Positions 1 through 6,814 of a stretch of DNA of 40,539 nucleotides are shown here, in pieces. Under the pieces are notes generated by a model, which had not been told where the DNA came from, searched no databases, and saw only the letters and a list, made by a program, of their open reading frames with translations. How positions within the stretch are numbered: position 1 is the first letter of the stretch; every line of letters starts with the position of its first letter. The position numbers were made by a program, and so were the translations under genes. Where the stretch lies: positions 1 through 40,539 of the IMG/VR virus record IMGVR_UViG_3300048578_000440; one strand, written 5' to 3'. The stretch is from a virus (taxonomy: Duplodnaviria > Caudoviricetes).

Positions 1-297
1 CCTATGCGCGTTGCCAGGGAAGCGGTGTACGAGACGCTCGGCGGCATCATAAAGCCACAAACGATCAATATCTGTGACAGCAAAGGAGATGGCCCAGCCG
101 TCAGGTACACTATCGGCAGAAAGGTCGTCTACGACACCAAAGTCTTGCTCGAATGGATTGTTCGAAAGTACGGCCTCAAGCGTCATCTGGATCTGGATGG
201 GATGGTGGCGAGCACAGGATCGCAACATCCTGCAGCAGCGCAGAAGGGCGCAAGTGGGCGTAACGCTGAGTCATCGCCGGGGTCTTGTGCCGCATGA
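1..297 (+). CDS. Excisionase-like / small winged-helix DNA-binding protein (probably 5'-truncated by the window edge)
   Basis: The pattern VAREAV..TLGGII.PQT....DSKGDGP..RY.IGRKVVY....LLEW resembles Xis/AlpA-like proteins found beside integrases. The frame is open from position 1. It converges on the integrase and overlaps its 3' end (176-297). Confidence 0.65.
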   Translation, partial: PMRVAREAVYETLGGIIKPQTINICDSKGDGPAVRYTIGRKVVYDTKVLLEWIVRKYGLKRHLDLDGMVASTGSQHPAAAQKGASGRNAESSPGSCAA

Positions 298-1354
298 GCT
301 TTTGGATGCGGTACAGATCCACATCCGCCAGGGCCAGCCAGGAGGCGAACGTATGCCGCAAGCTGTGAAACGTCAGGCGATGCTGCCTATCTTCTTCCCC
401 GGTGTTCAGTCCGAGTTCTTTGGCCAGTCGCGTGAACTGCCTGGACAGGGTTTTGGCAAGCTGATCGGTGGGGGCAATGACGAGGCCGGAACTCCTGCCG
501 GCAAGCCTTCGCGTCAGCATGGCGCGAACGTCGTCATTCAGGGGTACTTTTCCCCCGGGCTTGCCGTCGTCCTCGCGCACGGTCAGATAGCCATGGGCGA
601 GGTCCACGTCGACGGCATCAAGCCGGTGGATCTCGCCAAGCCGGAGGCCGGTATGGACGGCCAGAACAATGGCATCCCTCAGGTCGGTGGTTCGCATTTT
701 CCCCGCTGCGCCAACAAGCCGGGCGTAGTCCTCGCGGGACAGAAACCTTTCGCAAGCGTTGTCGAGCCGTGGCATTTTGACGTTGGAGACGGGGTTGCGC
801 AACGCGAACAGTCCGAGTTGCGCAAAGTGGTTCAGCGTCTTCCGCAGCAGCGCCAAAATCTGTTTCGCCGTGGATCGGCTTAGCGTCTCCAGCAGCCGGT
901 CCCGAAACACCTCAATCGCCTGCGTGGTGATTGCCTCAAGAGGCATGTCTCCAAATGCCGGGTAGAGGTGATTTTTGAGCCGTATCTCGTCCAGCCATCC
1001 CGACTTCTTTTCACGCTTCGCCCACGGCAGATAGTGCTTTTCTGCCAAGCCTTGATAAGTTGTCGGCGCATCATTCTGCTCTTGGGCTTTCTCCTCCTGC
1101 CTTAACTCCCCCCTCTTGGCGGCCAACGTGTCTGGCCCCTCGCCCGTTTTGTGGGCCACCTTGAGCCGGTCGCGAAGGTCTGACGCCTTCCGGACGGTCC
1201 AGCCTTCCGACGCCCACCCCAATCCTTCCTCTATATCCCTTCCTTGACGAAAAAACCTGATGCTGAAATATCGGTCAGGCGCACCACCCCGGACGGTGCG
1301 TTCGGGGTGCTCTCGATACCGCACGCCTGGAACGCCAGAACTCATCCATTTCAT
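176..1354 (-). CDS. int: Tyrosine recombinase / phage integrase
   Basis: Full catalytic set is present: TGLRLGEI (R), K, FHSLRHTFAS (HxxR), MRHK (H), TQRYAH (Y). N-terminal arm-binding-like region (GVRYREH...YFSIRF). Likely start ATG at 1354 (MKWMSSG); the ORF track extends to 1453. Adjacent to the tRNA-derived att core. Confidence 0.95.
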   Translation of the reverse strand: MKWMSSGVPGVRYREHPERTVRGGAPDRYFSIRFFRQGRDIEEGLGWASEGWTVRKASDLRDRLKVAHKTGEGPDTLAAKRGELRQEEKAQEQNDAPTTYQGLAEKHYLPWAKREKKSGWLDEIRLKNHLYPAFGDMPLEAITTQAIEVFRDRLLETLSRSTAKQILALLRKTLNHFAQLGLFALRNPVSNVKMPRLDNACERFLSREDYARLVGAAGKMRTTDLRDAIVLAVHTGLRLGEIHRLDAVDVDLAHGYLTVREDDGKPGGKVPLNDDVRAMLTRRLAGRSSGLVIAPTDQLAKTLSRQFTRLAKELGLNTGEEDRQHRLTFHSLRHTFASWLALADVDLYRIQKLMRHKTPAMTQRYAHLRPSALLQDVAILCSPPSHPDPDDA

Positions 1355-1361
1355 TTGGTTC

Positions 1362-1392
1362 CCTGTCCCGGCCTGTCCCGGCCCTGTCCCGG
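1362..1392. repeat. Three direct repeats CCTGTCCCGG with 10-11 bp spacing; putative Xis/accessory-factor sites overlapping the int RBS
   Basis: Copies at 1362-1371, 1372-1381 and 1383-1392. Function is inferred from position in the att arm. Confidence 0.6.
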
Positions 1393-1504
1393 TTTCGTTG
1401 ATACACCCACATATCCCGAGGTATCGAGTACACGCCAAGTAGCCGGGATGCAAGGTTTTGTATATTCCGACGAACCCCCACGAACGCGACGGAACCGGTC
1501 CAGA

Positions 1505-1562
1505 CTAGACTTAGGATCTGGCGGCTTAGGCTATGGGGGTTCGAGCCCCCCCTCTCGCACCA
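1505..1562 (+). mobile_element. att core: 3' half of tRNA-Leu(TAG), from anticodon arm to CCA
   Basis: Anticodon arm CTAGA-CTTAGGA-TCTGG (TAG at 1512-1514), long variable arm, T-arm GGGGG-TTCGAGC-CCCCC, 3' acceptor strand CTCTCGC-A-CCA. There is no proper D-arm or correctly placed 5' acceptor strand upstream, so this is a fragment next to the integrase. Confidence 0.88.
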
Positions 1563-1621
1563 AATTGATTTTATTGAGAAATTCTTACCCCTCTCTGCCC
1601 TCAATACACACGTTCGTCTAA

Positions 1622-1683
1622 TCTGCCCCAAAGTCTGCCCCAAAAAACAGGGCAAATTTGGGGCTATTTGCATTTGGGGCAGG
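1622..1683. repeat. Integrase arm-type site cluster (TGCCCCAAA, direct and inverted)
   Basis: TCTGCCCCAAA at 1622-1632 and 1634-1644. Inverted TTTGGGGC at 1657-1664 and TTTGGGGCAGG at 1673-1683. All lie 60-120 bp from the att core. Confidence 0.6.
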
Positions 1684-1765
1684 CCATGTTCGGCCTGATC
1701 TTCGCCCCTTCTTTCCCCGCGGTTGCCCTCCTGGCGGGCCTTTTCGCCTTCGGGCTTGGGAAACG

Positions 1766-1786
1766 AAAAACCCCGCCGAAGCGGGG
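1766..1786 (-). terminator. Rho-independent terminator for the leftward toxin-antitoxin operon
   Basis: Stem CCCCGC-CGAA-GCGGGG (1771-1786) preceded by A5 (1766-1770), which gives a U-tract on the minus strand. Confidence 0.75.
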
Positions 1787-1957
1787 CTTGATCGTGGGCG
1801 TGGTCACGTTCCCGATGATTCGGTGCGCTCAAGGGTCACCTACCGTCATCCGGGACCTTGCGTGTCTCTGTTGCAGCGACACAAGCGGTGAGGGTCTTGT
1901 CTTTGGCAACGACGGCCGGAATCCGATGGATTTTCGAGAGCTAAGGCTACGGATACT

Positions 1958-2290
1958 CTACAGAAAAATCCGCCAGTTCATGCTCAGGGCTTTTCCCAGT
2001 CGCTTGGCCATTTCCTTGCCAATTGGGCGCTTGCCGCGTTCCATCTCGGAAATATGGGACTTGTGCACACCGATAGCGGAGGCGAGCCGGGCCTGGGTCA
2101 TTTCCCGCAATCCGCGCGCACCGGAAAGAATTTTCCCCGGCGTCGAGTCGGCAAAAACCTCTTCGGCCGGAATGTTCGGCTCCAAAGCGTTTTCGATGGC
2201 GCGCACTACGTCGTCAACCCGATCTGCTGGAACGACGACACTGACCACCACGAATCCGTCAGCGCGGAAGGTTTTTGTAATTTCCAACAT
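1958..2290 (-). CDS. XRE/Cro-C1 HTH protein, HigA-like antitoxin type (no adjacent toxin)
   Basis: C-terminal HTH_3 motif LSGARGLREMTQARLASAIGVHKSHISEMERGKRPIG..MAKRL. Confidence 0.8.
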   Translation of the reverse strand: MLEITKTFRADGFVVVSVVVPADRVDDVVRAIENALEPNIPAEEVFADSTPGKILSGARGLREMTQARLASAIGVHKSHISEMERGKRPIGKEMAKRLGKALSMNWRIFL

Positions 2291-2311
2291 AGGTTGTTCC
2301 CGCCAGCACGC

Positions 2312-2548
2312 TTATTCGACCTGCAGCTGTTGCCAATTCACGCCCAAGGCTTCTGCGATCTTTTTGCGGGTCGCCACATCGGAATGCGCATCAGGGGCTT
2401 CCATCTGGGCAAAGGCCGAGACGGGGACTCCCAGTCGCTGGGCGACTTCATCCTGGGTCAACCCCAGGTATTCGCGCCAAGCCTGGATGAGACTGGCCCC
2501 GTCAAGGTGCAGTTCGGCGACTTCGAAGGGAATGGTCACGGTGTCCAT
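2312..2548 (-). CDS. XRE HTH protein, HigA-like antitoxin type; short, apparently lacking an N-terminal extension
   Basis: IPFEVA...SLIQAWREYLGLTQDEVAQRLGV..SAFAQME...KKIAEALG. Confidence 0.8.
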   Translation of the reverse strand: MDTVTIPFEVAELHLDGASLIQAWREYLGLTQDEVAQRLGVPVSAFAQMEAPDAHSDVATRKKIAEALGVNWQQLQVE

Positions 2549-2579
2549 GTGGGTACACTACGGGAGAATCCGCCAAAAA

Positions 2580-2921
2580 TCACAGCACGGCATCCCTCGC
2601 CGCCCTTTCGGCCGCATCGGCCACGAATTCGTTGAGGCTTTTGCCTTTGGCCCTGGCGGCGACGGCCAGAAGTCTATGGATTTCCGGAGACAGACGCAGC
2701 CGGAATTGCCCGGAGCAGGGCTTTTCAGGAGTTCTGCCTGCCTGGGCGCACAGGTCCAGATAATCCTCCACGGAGTCGGCCAGGGCTTGCCGCAGCTCCT
2801 CGACCGAGCGGCCGGAGAAATGAATCACATCCCGGATGCCTATTACCCGACCGTGGAATTCGTCGTCATCGGGAATGAAATCAAAATATCCGGTGAAGCC
2901 CTTGTAGGTCATGGTGTTCAT
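2580..2921 (-). CDS. hicB: HicB-family antitoxin (partial RNase H fold plus RHH), orphan
   Basis: N-terminus MTYKGF.G...DDDEFHGRVIGIRDVIHFSG.SVEELRQAL.DSVEDYL; C-terminus PEKPCSGQFRLRL.PEIHR....A....KSLNEFV (RHH). Confidence 0.88.
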   Translation of the reverse strand: MNTMTYKGFTGYFDFIPDDDEFHGRVIGIRDVIHFSGRSVEELRQALADSVEDYLDLCAQAGRTPEKPCSGQFRLRLSPEIHRLLAVAARAKGKSLNEFVADAAERAARDAVL

Positions 2922-3002
2922 CGTTATGGCCCTGGCGCTTCGGCCTGCACCCGATTTGGTGTCGAGGCGGCAACGAGTGCCCTGTTGGGGATGGCATATC
3001 GG

Positions 3003-3389
3003 CTATTGGCAGGCCATTTCACGCCTGGCGGCGCGGACCAGGAAAGCGGAGCGGTTGAGGCCGCGTCCTTTGGCGGCGCGGTCGATTTCCTCAAGTGTTC
3101 CGGCGGGAACCGTGATGTTCACCCGGACCGTGCGCTCATCCATGAACCCGAGATCCACATTGACCAAGGCCCACACGGCGTCCTTGTAAACCGGATCGTC
3201 CTTGTAGTGCTCCAGGCTGCTGGGAGCCGGCTTCTCGGAGGCGTCTTCAAGAATGAGTTCGACAGCTTCCTGGGTGTTGGCAAGAGCTTCTTCCAGGGTG
3301 TCGCCCGCGGTGTTGCAGCCGGGGATGTCCGGCAGGGTCACTCCGTAGGCCTTGCCTTCCTCAATGAAGACGGCGGCGGGAAAATACAT
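3003..3389 (-). CDS. hicB: HicB antitoxin cognate to the adjacent HicA
   Basis: YGVTLPDIPGCNTAGDTLEEALAN..EA motif and C-terminal RHH RVNITVP...LEEID......GLNRSAFL. Confidence 0.92.
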   Translation of the reverse strand: MYFPAAVFIEEGKAYGVTLPDIPGCNTAGDTLEEALANTQEAVELILEDASEKPAPSSLEHYKDDPVYKDAVWALVNVDLGFMDERTVRVNITVPAGTLEEIDRAAKGRGLNRSAFLVRAARREMACQ

Positions 3390-3398
3390 GATTGCCTC

Positions 3399-3584
3399 CT
3401 ATTCGATGAGCTTGGCGTCCTTGCGCAAGATTTTACGCACCAAGCCCGTGCCCAGGTCCTTTTTCGGGTGTGGAACTATGGTGACGCGGCCGTCGGGATG
3501 GCGGTATTTGTGGTGGCTGCCACGAATGCTCACCAGTCTGAACCCTGCCTCTTCGAGCAACCGAATCAGTTCCACGCTGTTCAT
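3399..3584 (-). CDS. hicA: HicA mRNA interferase toxin
   Basis: ELIRLLEEAGF.LVSIRGSHHKYRHPDGRVTIVPHPKKDLG.GLVRKI; the GSH catalytic motif is intact. Confidence 0.93.
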   Translation of the reverse strand: MNSVELIRLLEEAGFRLVSIRGSHHKYRHPDGRVTIVPHPKKDLGTGLVRKILRKDAKLIE

Positions 3585-3589
3585 GGCGA

Positions 3590-3619
3590 ATTAATGCGCA
3601 CTGGAGTGTGTATTGTCAA
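3590..3619 (-). promoter_or_regulatory. Putative sigma70 promoter of the hicAB operon with an operator-like palindrome
   Basis: TTGACA on the minus strand (3619-3614) and ATTAAT (3595-3590) a few nt before the hicA ATG, so the transcript is likely leaderless. Imperfect inverted repeat TGCGCACT-GG-AGTGTGTA (3595-3612) lies between -35 and -10. Confidence 0.55.
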
Positions 3620-3629
3620 GGGTGGGTCC

Positions 3630-3889
3630 TTGACGCCCCCGGCCCGCCTCATGCACGTTTGGTCAACCAATTTTGTGAGGCGTCCTGCCGCCTTGATCCG
3701 GTCCCAAGCCGGAACAAAAGAGCGGGCTTTTTGCATTTGTCGCCCATGCGCCTCCCCTTTGGGGAAGGGCTCGTATTGGCGGCGGCATGACGTCCGGGTG
3801 TCCGCGAGGCCCCGGCCGTGTTCTGCGGGGGAGCGTCATGCCGTCGCCTTTTTTCGTGCCCAAATCCCAACAGAACGAGGTGCATCATG
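3630..3889 (+). repeat. Regulatory cassette copy 1 (promoter, leader, C4-like RNA and target) upstream of the antirepressor
   Basis: About 260-bp imperfect duplicate of 4250-4506 (offset 620). The block 3677-3749 is identical to 4297-4369. TTGACG at 3630. Confidence 0.9.
3778..3854 (+). ncRNA. C4/P4-CI-like antisense RNA, copy 1
   Basis: Closing stem GGCGGCGGCATGACG (3778-3792) pairs with CGTCATGCCGTCGCC (3834-3848) and is followed by T6. Internal hairpins are present. GTTCTG...GGGA is complementary to TCCC-AA-CAGAAC (3865-3876) at the antirepressor RBS. Confidence 0.65.
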
Positions 3890-4507
3890 ACCGGCCTTAT
3901 CCCCATCACTCCCGGCCAACTGGCCGGGGAACCTGCCCAGACCGTCAATGCCCGTGAGCTGCACGAATTCCTGGAAGTCGAAACCCGGTTCGACGACTGG
4001 ATTCGTCGTCGAGTCGAGGAGTACGGCTTTGCGGAGAACCAGGATTATGTGTGGTTTTCCTCAAAAATGAGGAAAACCCCGGAAGGCGGTCGTCCAGCCA
4101 AGGACTACCACCTGTCCATCGACATGGCCAAAGAGCTGGCCATGGTCGAAAAGACCGACAAGGGGCGGCAGTCCCGCCGTTATTTCATCGATTGCGAACG
4201 ACGGGCTAAGGCCGCAGTTGTCAATTTCTCTGCGCCAAGCGTTCGTCCCTTGACGCCCTCTGCCCGCCTCGGGCATGGTTGGTCTCCCAACCTTACGAGG
4301 CGTCCTGCCGCCTTGATCCGGTCCCAAGCCGGAACAAAAGAGCGGGCTTTTTGCATTTGTCGCCCATGCACCTCCCTTCGGGGTGGGGCAATGAATTGGC
4401 GGTATGACGTCCGGGTGTCCGCGAGGCCCCGGCTGCTCGTAAGGCAGGGGAGCGTCATGCCGCCTTTTTTATTGCCCCAATCCCAACCTTACGGAGGTGC
4501 GCCATGA
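3887..4507 (+). CDS. AntA/AntB-family antirepressor whose C-terminus reads through cassette copy 2 (Ash-like extension)
   Basis: AntA signature VNARELHEFLEV.TRF.DWI.RR..EYGF.ENQDY...GGRP.KDYHLSIDMAKELAMVEK..KG...RRYFIDCE. RBS GAGG before ATG 3887. The stop overlaps the next start (ATGA). Confidence 0.9.
   Translation: MTGLIPITPGQLAGEPAQTVNARELHEFLEVETRFDDWIRRRVEEYGFAENQDYVWFSSKMRKTPEGGRPAKDYHLSIDMAKELAMVEKTDKGRQSRRYFIDCERRAKAAVVNFSAPSVRPLTPSARLGHGWSPNLTRRPAALIRSQAGTKERAFCICRPCTSLRGGAMNWRYDVRVSARPRLLVRQGSVMPPFLLPQSQPYGGAP
4250..4506 (+). repeat. Regulatory cassette copy 2 upstream of rha, lying inside the antirepressor ORF
   Basis: TTGACG at 4250. The target motif TCCCAACCTTACG occurs twice (4285-4297 and 4481-4493). 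Confidence 0.9.
4398..4470 (+). ncRNA. C4/P4-CI-like antisense RNA, copy 2
   Basis: Closing stem GGCGGTATGACG / CGTCATGCCGCC followed by T6. Segment CGTAAGG...GGGA (4438-4451) is complementary to TCCC-AA-CCTTACG at 4285-4297 and 4481-4493. Confidence 0.7.
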
Positions 4508-5256
4508 ACAGTCTTTCCCCCAACCTGACCATCGTCGCGGGACGTCCGGTCGTTTCCAGCCTCACGGTGGCCGCGCATTTCGGCAAAGAGCACAAGAATG
4601 TTCTGCGGGATATCCGGGAACTCCTTGCCAGTTTGCCCGACGAACTGCGTGCGCTCAATTTTGAGCCCACGCAGATTGATGTACCCATGCCAGGTGGCGG
4701 TACCCGCAAAGACGCTGTCTACAACCTCTCCCGGGATGGCTTCACCCTGTTGGCCATGGGTTTTCGGGGTAAGCGCGCCCTGGCCTGGAAGATCCGCTAC
4801 ATCCAGGCTTTCAACGCCATGGAAGCCCGGCTCCACGAGAGGGTCGCGCCACCGGTCGCTTTGTCACATCCCGCCGAAAGCCCGTTGCTCGTCCTGGAAG
4901 GCGAACTGGCCCGCATCCGGGCCAACGTCGCTTTTTTCAAGGACATGGCCGTGGTGCTCAACACCCTGGCCTTCACCCGCGACGCCGACGCATTTTCCAG
5001 AAGCATGGCCGGCGCGCTGAGGGACATCGCCCAAAGCAGCAGCGACATGCTCGGGCGGGTCGCCGAGGACGTGGGCCAAGTGCGCGGCCGGACACTGGCA
5101 GCCGTCCAAACTGCCCTGGCCGTCGGTCTGGGCAGTCCGGCCGATGCCGCAGCACGCTCCGCCAAGGCAGCAAAAGCGGCCCGGGCGCGTTGGGACAAGG
5201 AACGGGACAAGAAAGCCGCCACTCCTAAAGGCAGGAAGGGCGGCGCCGTGCATTAG
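4504..5256 (+). CDS. rha: Rha-family phage regulatory protein
   Basis: VSSLTVAAHFGKEHKNVLRDI...YNLSRDGFTLLAMGFRGKRALAWKIRYIQAFNAME. Confidence 0.93.
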   Translation: MNSLSPNLTIVAGRPVVSSLTVAAHFGKEHKNVLRDIRELLASLPDELRALNFEPTQIDVPMPGGGTRKDAVYNLSRDGFTLLAMGFRGKRALAWKIRYIQAFNAMEARLHERVAPPVALSHPAESPLLVLEGELARIRANVAFFKDMAVVLNTLAFTRDADAFSRSMAGALRDIAQSSSDMLGRVAEDVGQVRGRTLAAVQTALAVGLGSPADAAARSAKAAKAARARWDKERDKKAATPKGRKGGAVH

Positions 5257-5266
5257 CAGGGAGTTT

Positions 5267-5303
5267 CCGCCCCGGCCGGTGGCTTTTGGGCCGGCCGGGG
5301 CGG
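5267..5303. other. Strong intergenic hairpin (13-bp stem) between rha and dnaB
   Basis: CCGCCCCGGCCGG (5267-5279) pairs with CCGGCCGGGGCGG (5291-5303). No clear U-tract, so the role is uncertain. Confidence 0.5.
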
Positions 5304-5322
5304 GATAGCGAAGGGGGAGCGT

Positions 5323-6684
5323 ATGGCCACGCCACGAAACCGCCGCCCTGAATCCGGGCCGGCAGACCTGACAGGGATGCTGCTGCGCAATGTGCCGCCG
5401 CACAACCTTGACGCCGAGCAGGCCGTGCTTGGCGGGGTGCTCATCAAACCTTCGATCCTGGACAAACTGGGGATCGAGCTGCGCCGTGTGGATTTTTACG
5501 ATCCTCGCCATCAGGTGATCTGGGAAGCGATGGGTGGCCTATGGCGCGAAAACAAGCCGGTGGATCTGATCACGCTGGCTGCCGCCCTGACTGCCGCTGG
5601 GCAGCTCGATAAAGCCGGCGGCCCGGCCTATCTGGGCGAACTGGCCGGCTGCATCCTTTCGGCCGCCAATACCCTGCACCATGCCGGCATCATGCGGGCC
5701 ATGTCCAAGCGCCGGTCAATGGCGGTCATGGGCCGGCGCATCATCGAGATTGCCTACGATCCGGAGCGCGATCCGGCCGAGTTTGTGTCCATTGCCCAGA
5801 CGGCGTCCGATGCGGTGCTCAAAGACCGGCTGGATACCCACGGCGAGACGCCGGATGAATTTCTCGACCCGTACACAGCGTACCTGGAGAAGCTCGAAGA
5901 GTCGGGCGGAGGCGGCGTTTCCACACCGTTTTGGAAGCTCAACGGGCTTATACGCTCGTTCATGCCCGGGGAAATGATTGTCGTCGGGGCCCGGCCAAGC
6001 CACGGCAAGACGGCCCTGGCCCTGACCTTTGCCGAACACGCTGTCGGGCTTGGGCATCCGACCGGGATTTTCTCGCTGGAGATGGGCAGGCACCAGTTGC
6101 TGAACCGCATGTTTTCCTCTGGAGCCGGGGTGGCGGCCCAGCGATTCCGGGACGGCAAATTTTCCGACGAGGACTGGTCCAGGATCTACGATCACTGCCA
6201 GCGTATGAAGCAGATGCCGCTTCACATCTATGACAAGCCGGCGCGCAAACCGTCCGACATCCGGGCCGCCTGCCGGCGCTGGCGGCAAGAGAGCGGCCTG
6301 GACATCGTGTTTATCGATTATGCCCAACTCATCCCGCCCGATGGCCACCACCAGAACCGGGAACAGGAAATCGCGGCGATCTCACGGTCAGTCAAGCTGA
6401 TGGCCGAGGATCTGGCTGTGCCGGTTGTGCTGCTGGCCCAGGTGAACCGCGAGGTGGCCAAGCGAAAATCGCCGAAGCTGGTGGAATCCGACCTCCGGGA
6501 GTCCGGAGCCATCGAGCAGGACGCGGATATCATCCTCCTGATCCAGCCGTGGGACCGCTCGGGGCGCGAGGATGTCCAGTTCACGCAGTTGACCGTGGCC
6601 AAAAGCCGCAACTCCATGACCGGCGACGTGCCGGTCGCGTTCAATAGAAAAAATGTGCGATTTGAGCAGGATGACCGTTTGTAG
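5323..6684 (+). CDS. dnaB: Replicative DNA helicase, DnaB family
   Basis: N-terminal PPHNLDAEQAVLG; Walker A GARPSHGKT; FSLEM; IDYAQL; LAQVNR; SDLRESGAIEQDAD; AKSRN. Confidence 0.96.
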   Translation: MATPRNRRPESGPADLTGMLLRNVPPHNLDAEQAVLGGVLIKPSILDKLGIELRRVDFYDPRHQVIWEAMGGLWRENKPVDLITLAAALTAAGQLDKAGGPAYLGELAGCILSAANTLHHAGIMRAMSKRRSMAVMGRRIIEIAYDPERDPAEFVSIAQTASDAVLKDRLDTHGETPDEFLDPYTAYLEKLEESGGGGVSTPFWKLNGLIRSFMPGEMIVVGARPSHGKTALALTFAEHAVGLGHPTGIFSLEMGRHQLLNRMFSSGAGVAAQRFRDGKFSDEDWSRIYDHCQRMKQMPLHIYDKPARKPSDIRAACRRWRQESGLDIVFIDYAQLIPPDGHHQNREQEIAAISRSVKLMAEDLAVPVVLLAQVNREVAKRKSPKLVESDLRESGAIEQDADIILLIQPWDRSGREDVQFTQLTVAKSRNSMTGDVPVAFNRKNVRFEQDDRL

Positions 6685-6814
6685 GCTATTGCGGCAAGAT
6701 GAGGGCTTTTTCAGAACATGATGCTATTACGGGGAGTTATGCTCCAAGCATAATCAAGCAATGCTCGTTTTGGATTTGAGCAATGCTAACGCATGAATGC
6801 GCCAGGAATTTCGT

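Noticed and set aside
1478-1562. Complete functional tRNA-Leu gene
   Set aside because: GCGACGG (1486-1492) partly pairs with the acceptor 3' strand but leaves only 12 nt before the anticodon arm, so there is no D-arm. Treated as an att-core fragment.
2922-3002. Remnant of a second hicA upstream of the orphan hicB
   Set aside because: None of the three minus-strand frames of this 81-bp gap gives a convincing HicA motif.
1668-3890. 740-aa plus-strand ORF
   Set aside because: It is antisense to five well-supported TA genes and has no recognisable motif. Only its last ~80 codons (the cassette leader frame) may be real.
3630-4506. Diversity-generating retroelement TR/VR pair
   Set aside because: Differences between the copies are not adenine-specific and no reverse transcriptase was recognised. 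A duplicated regulatory cassette explains them better.
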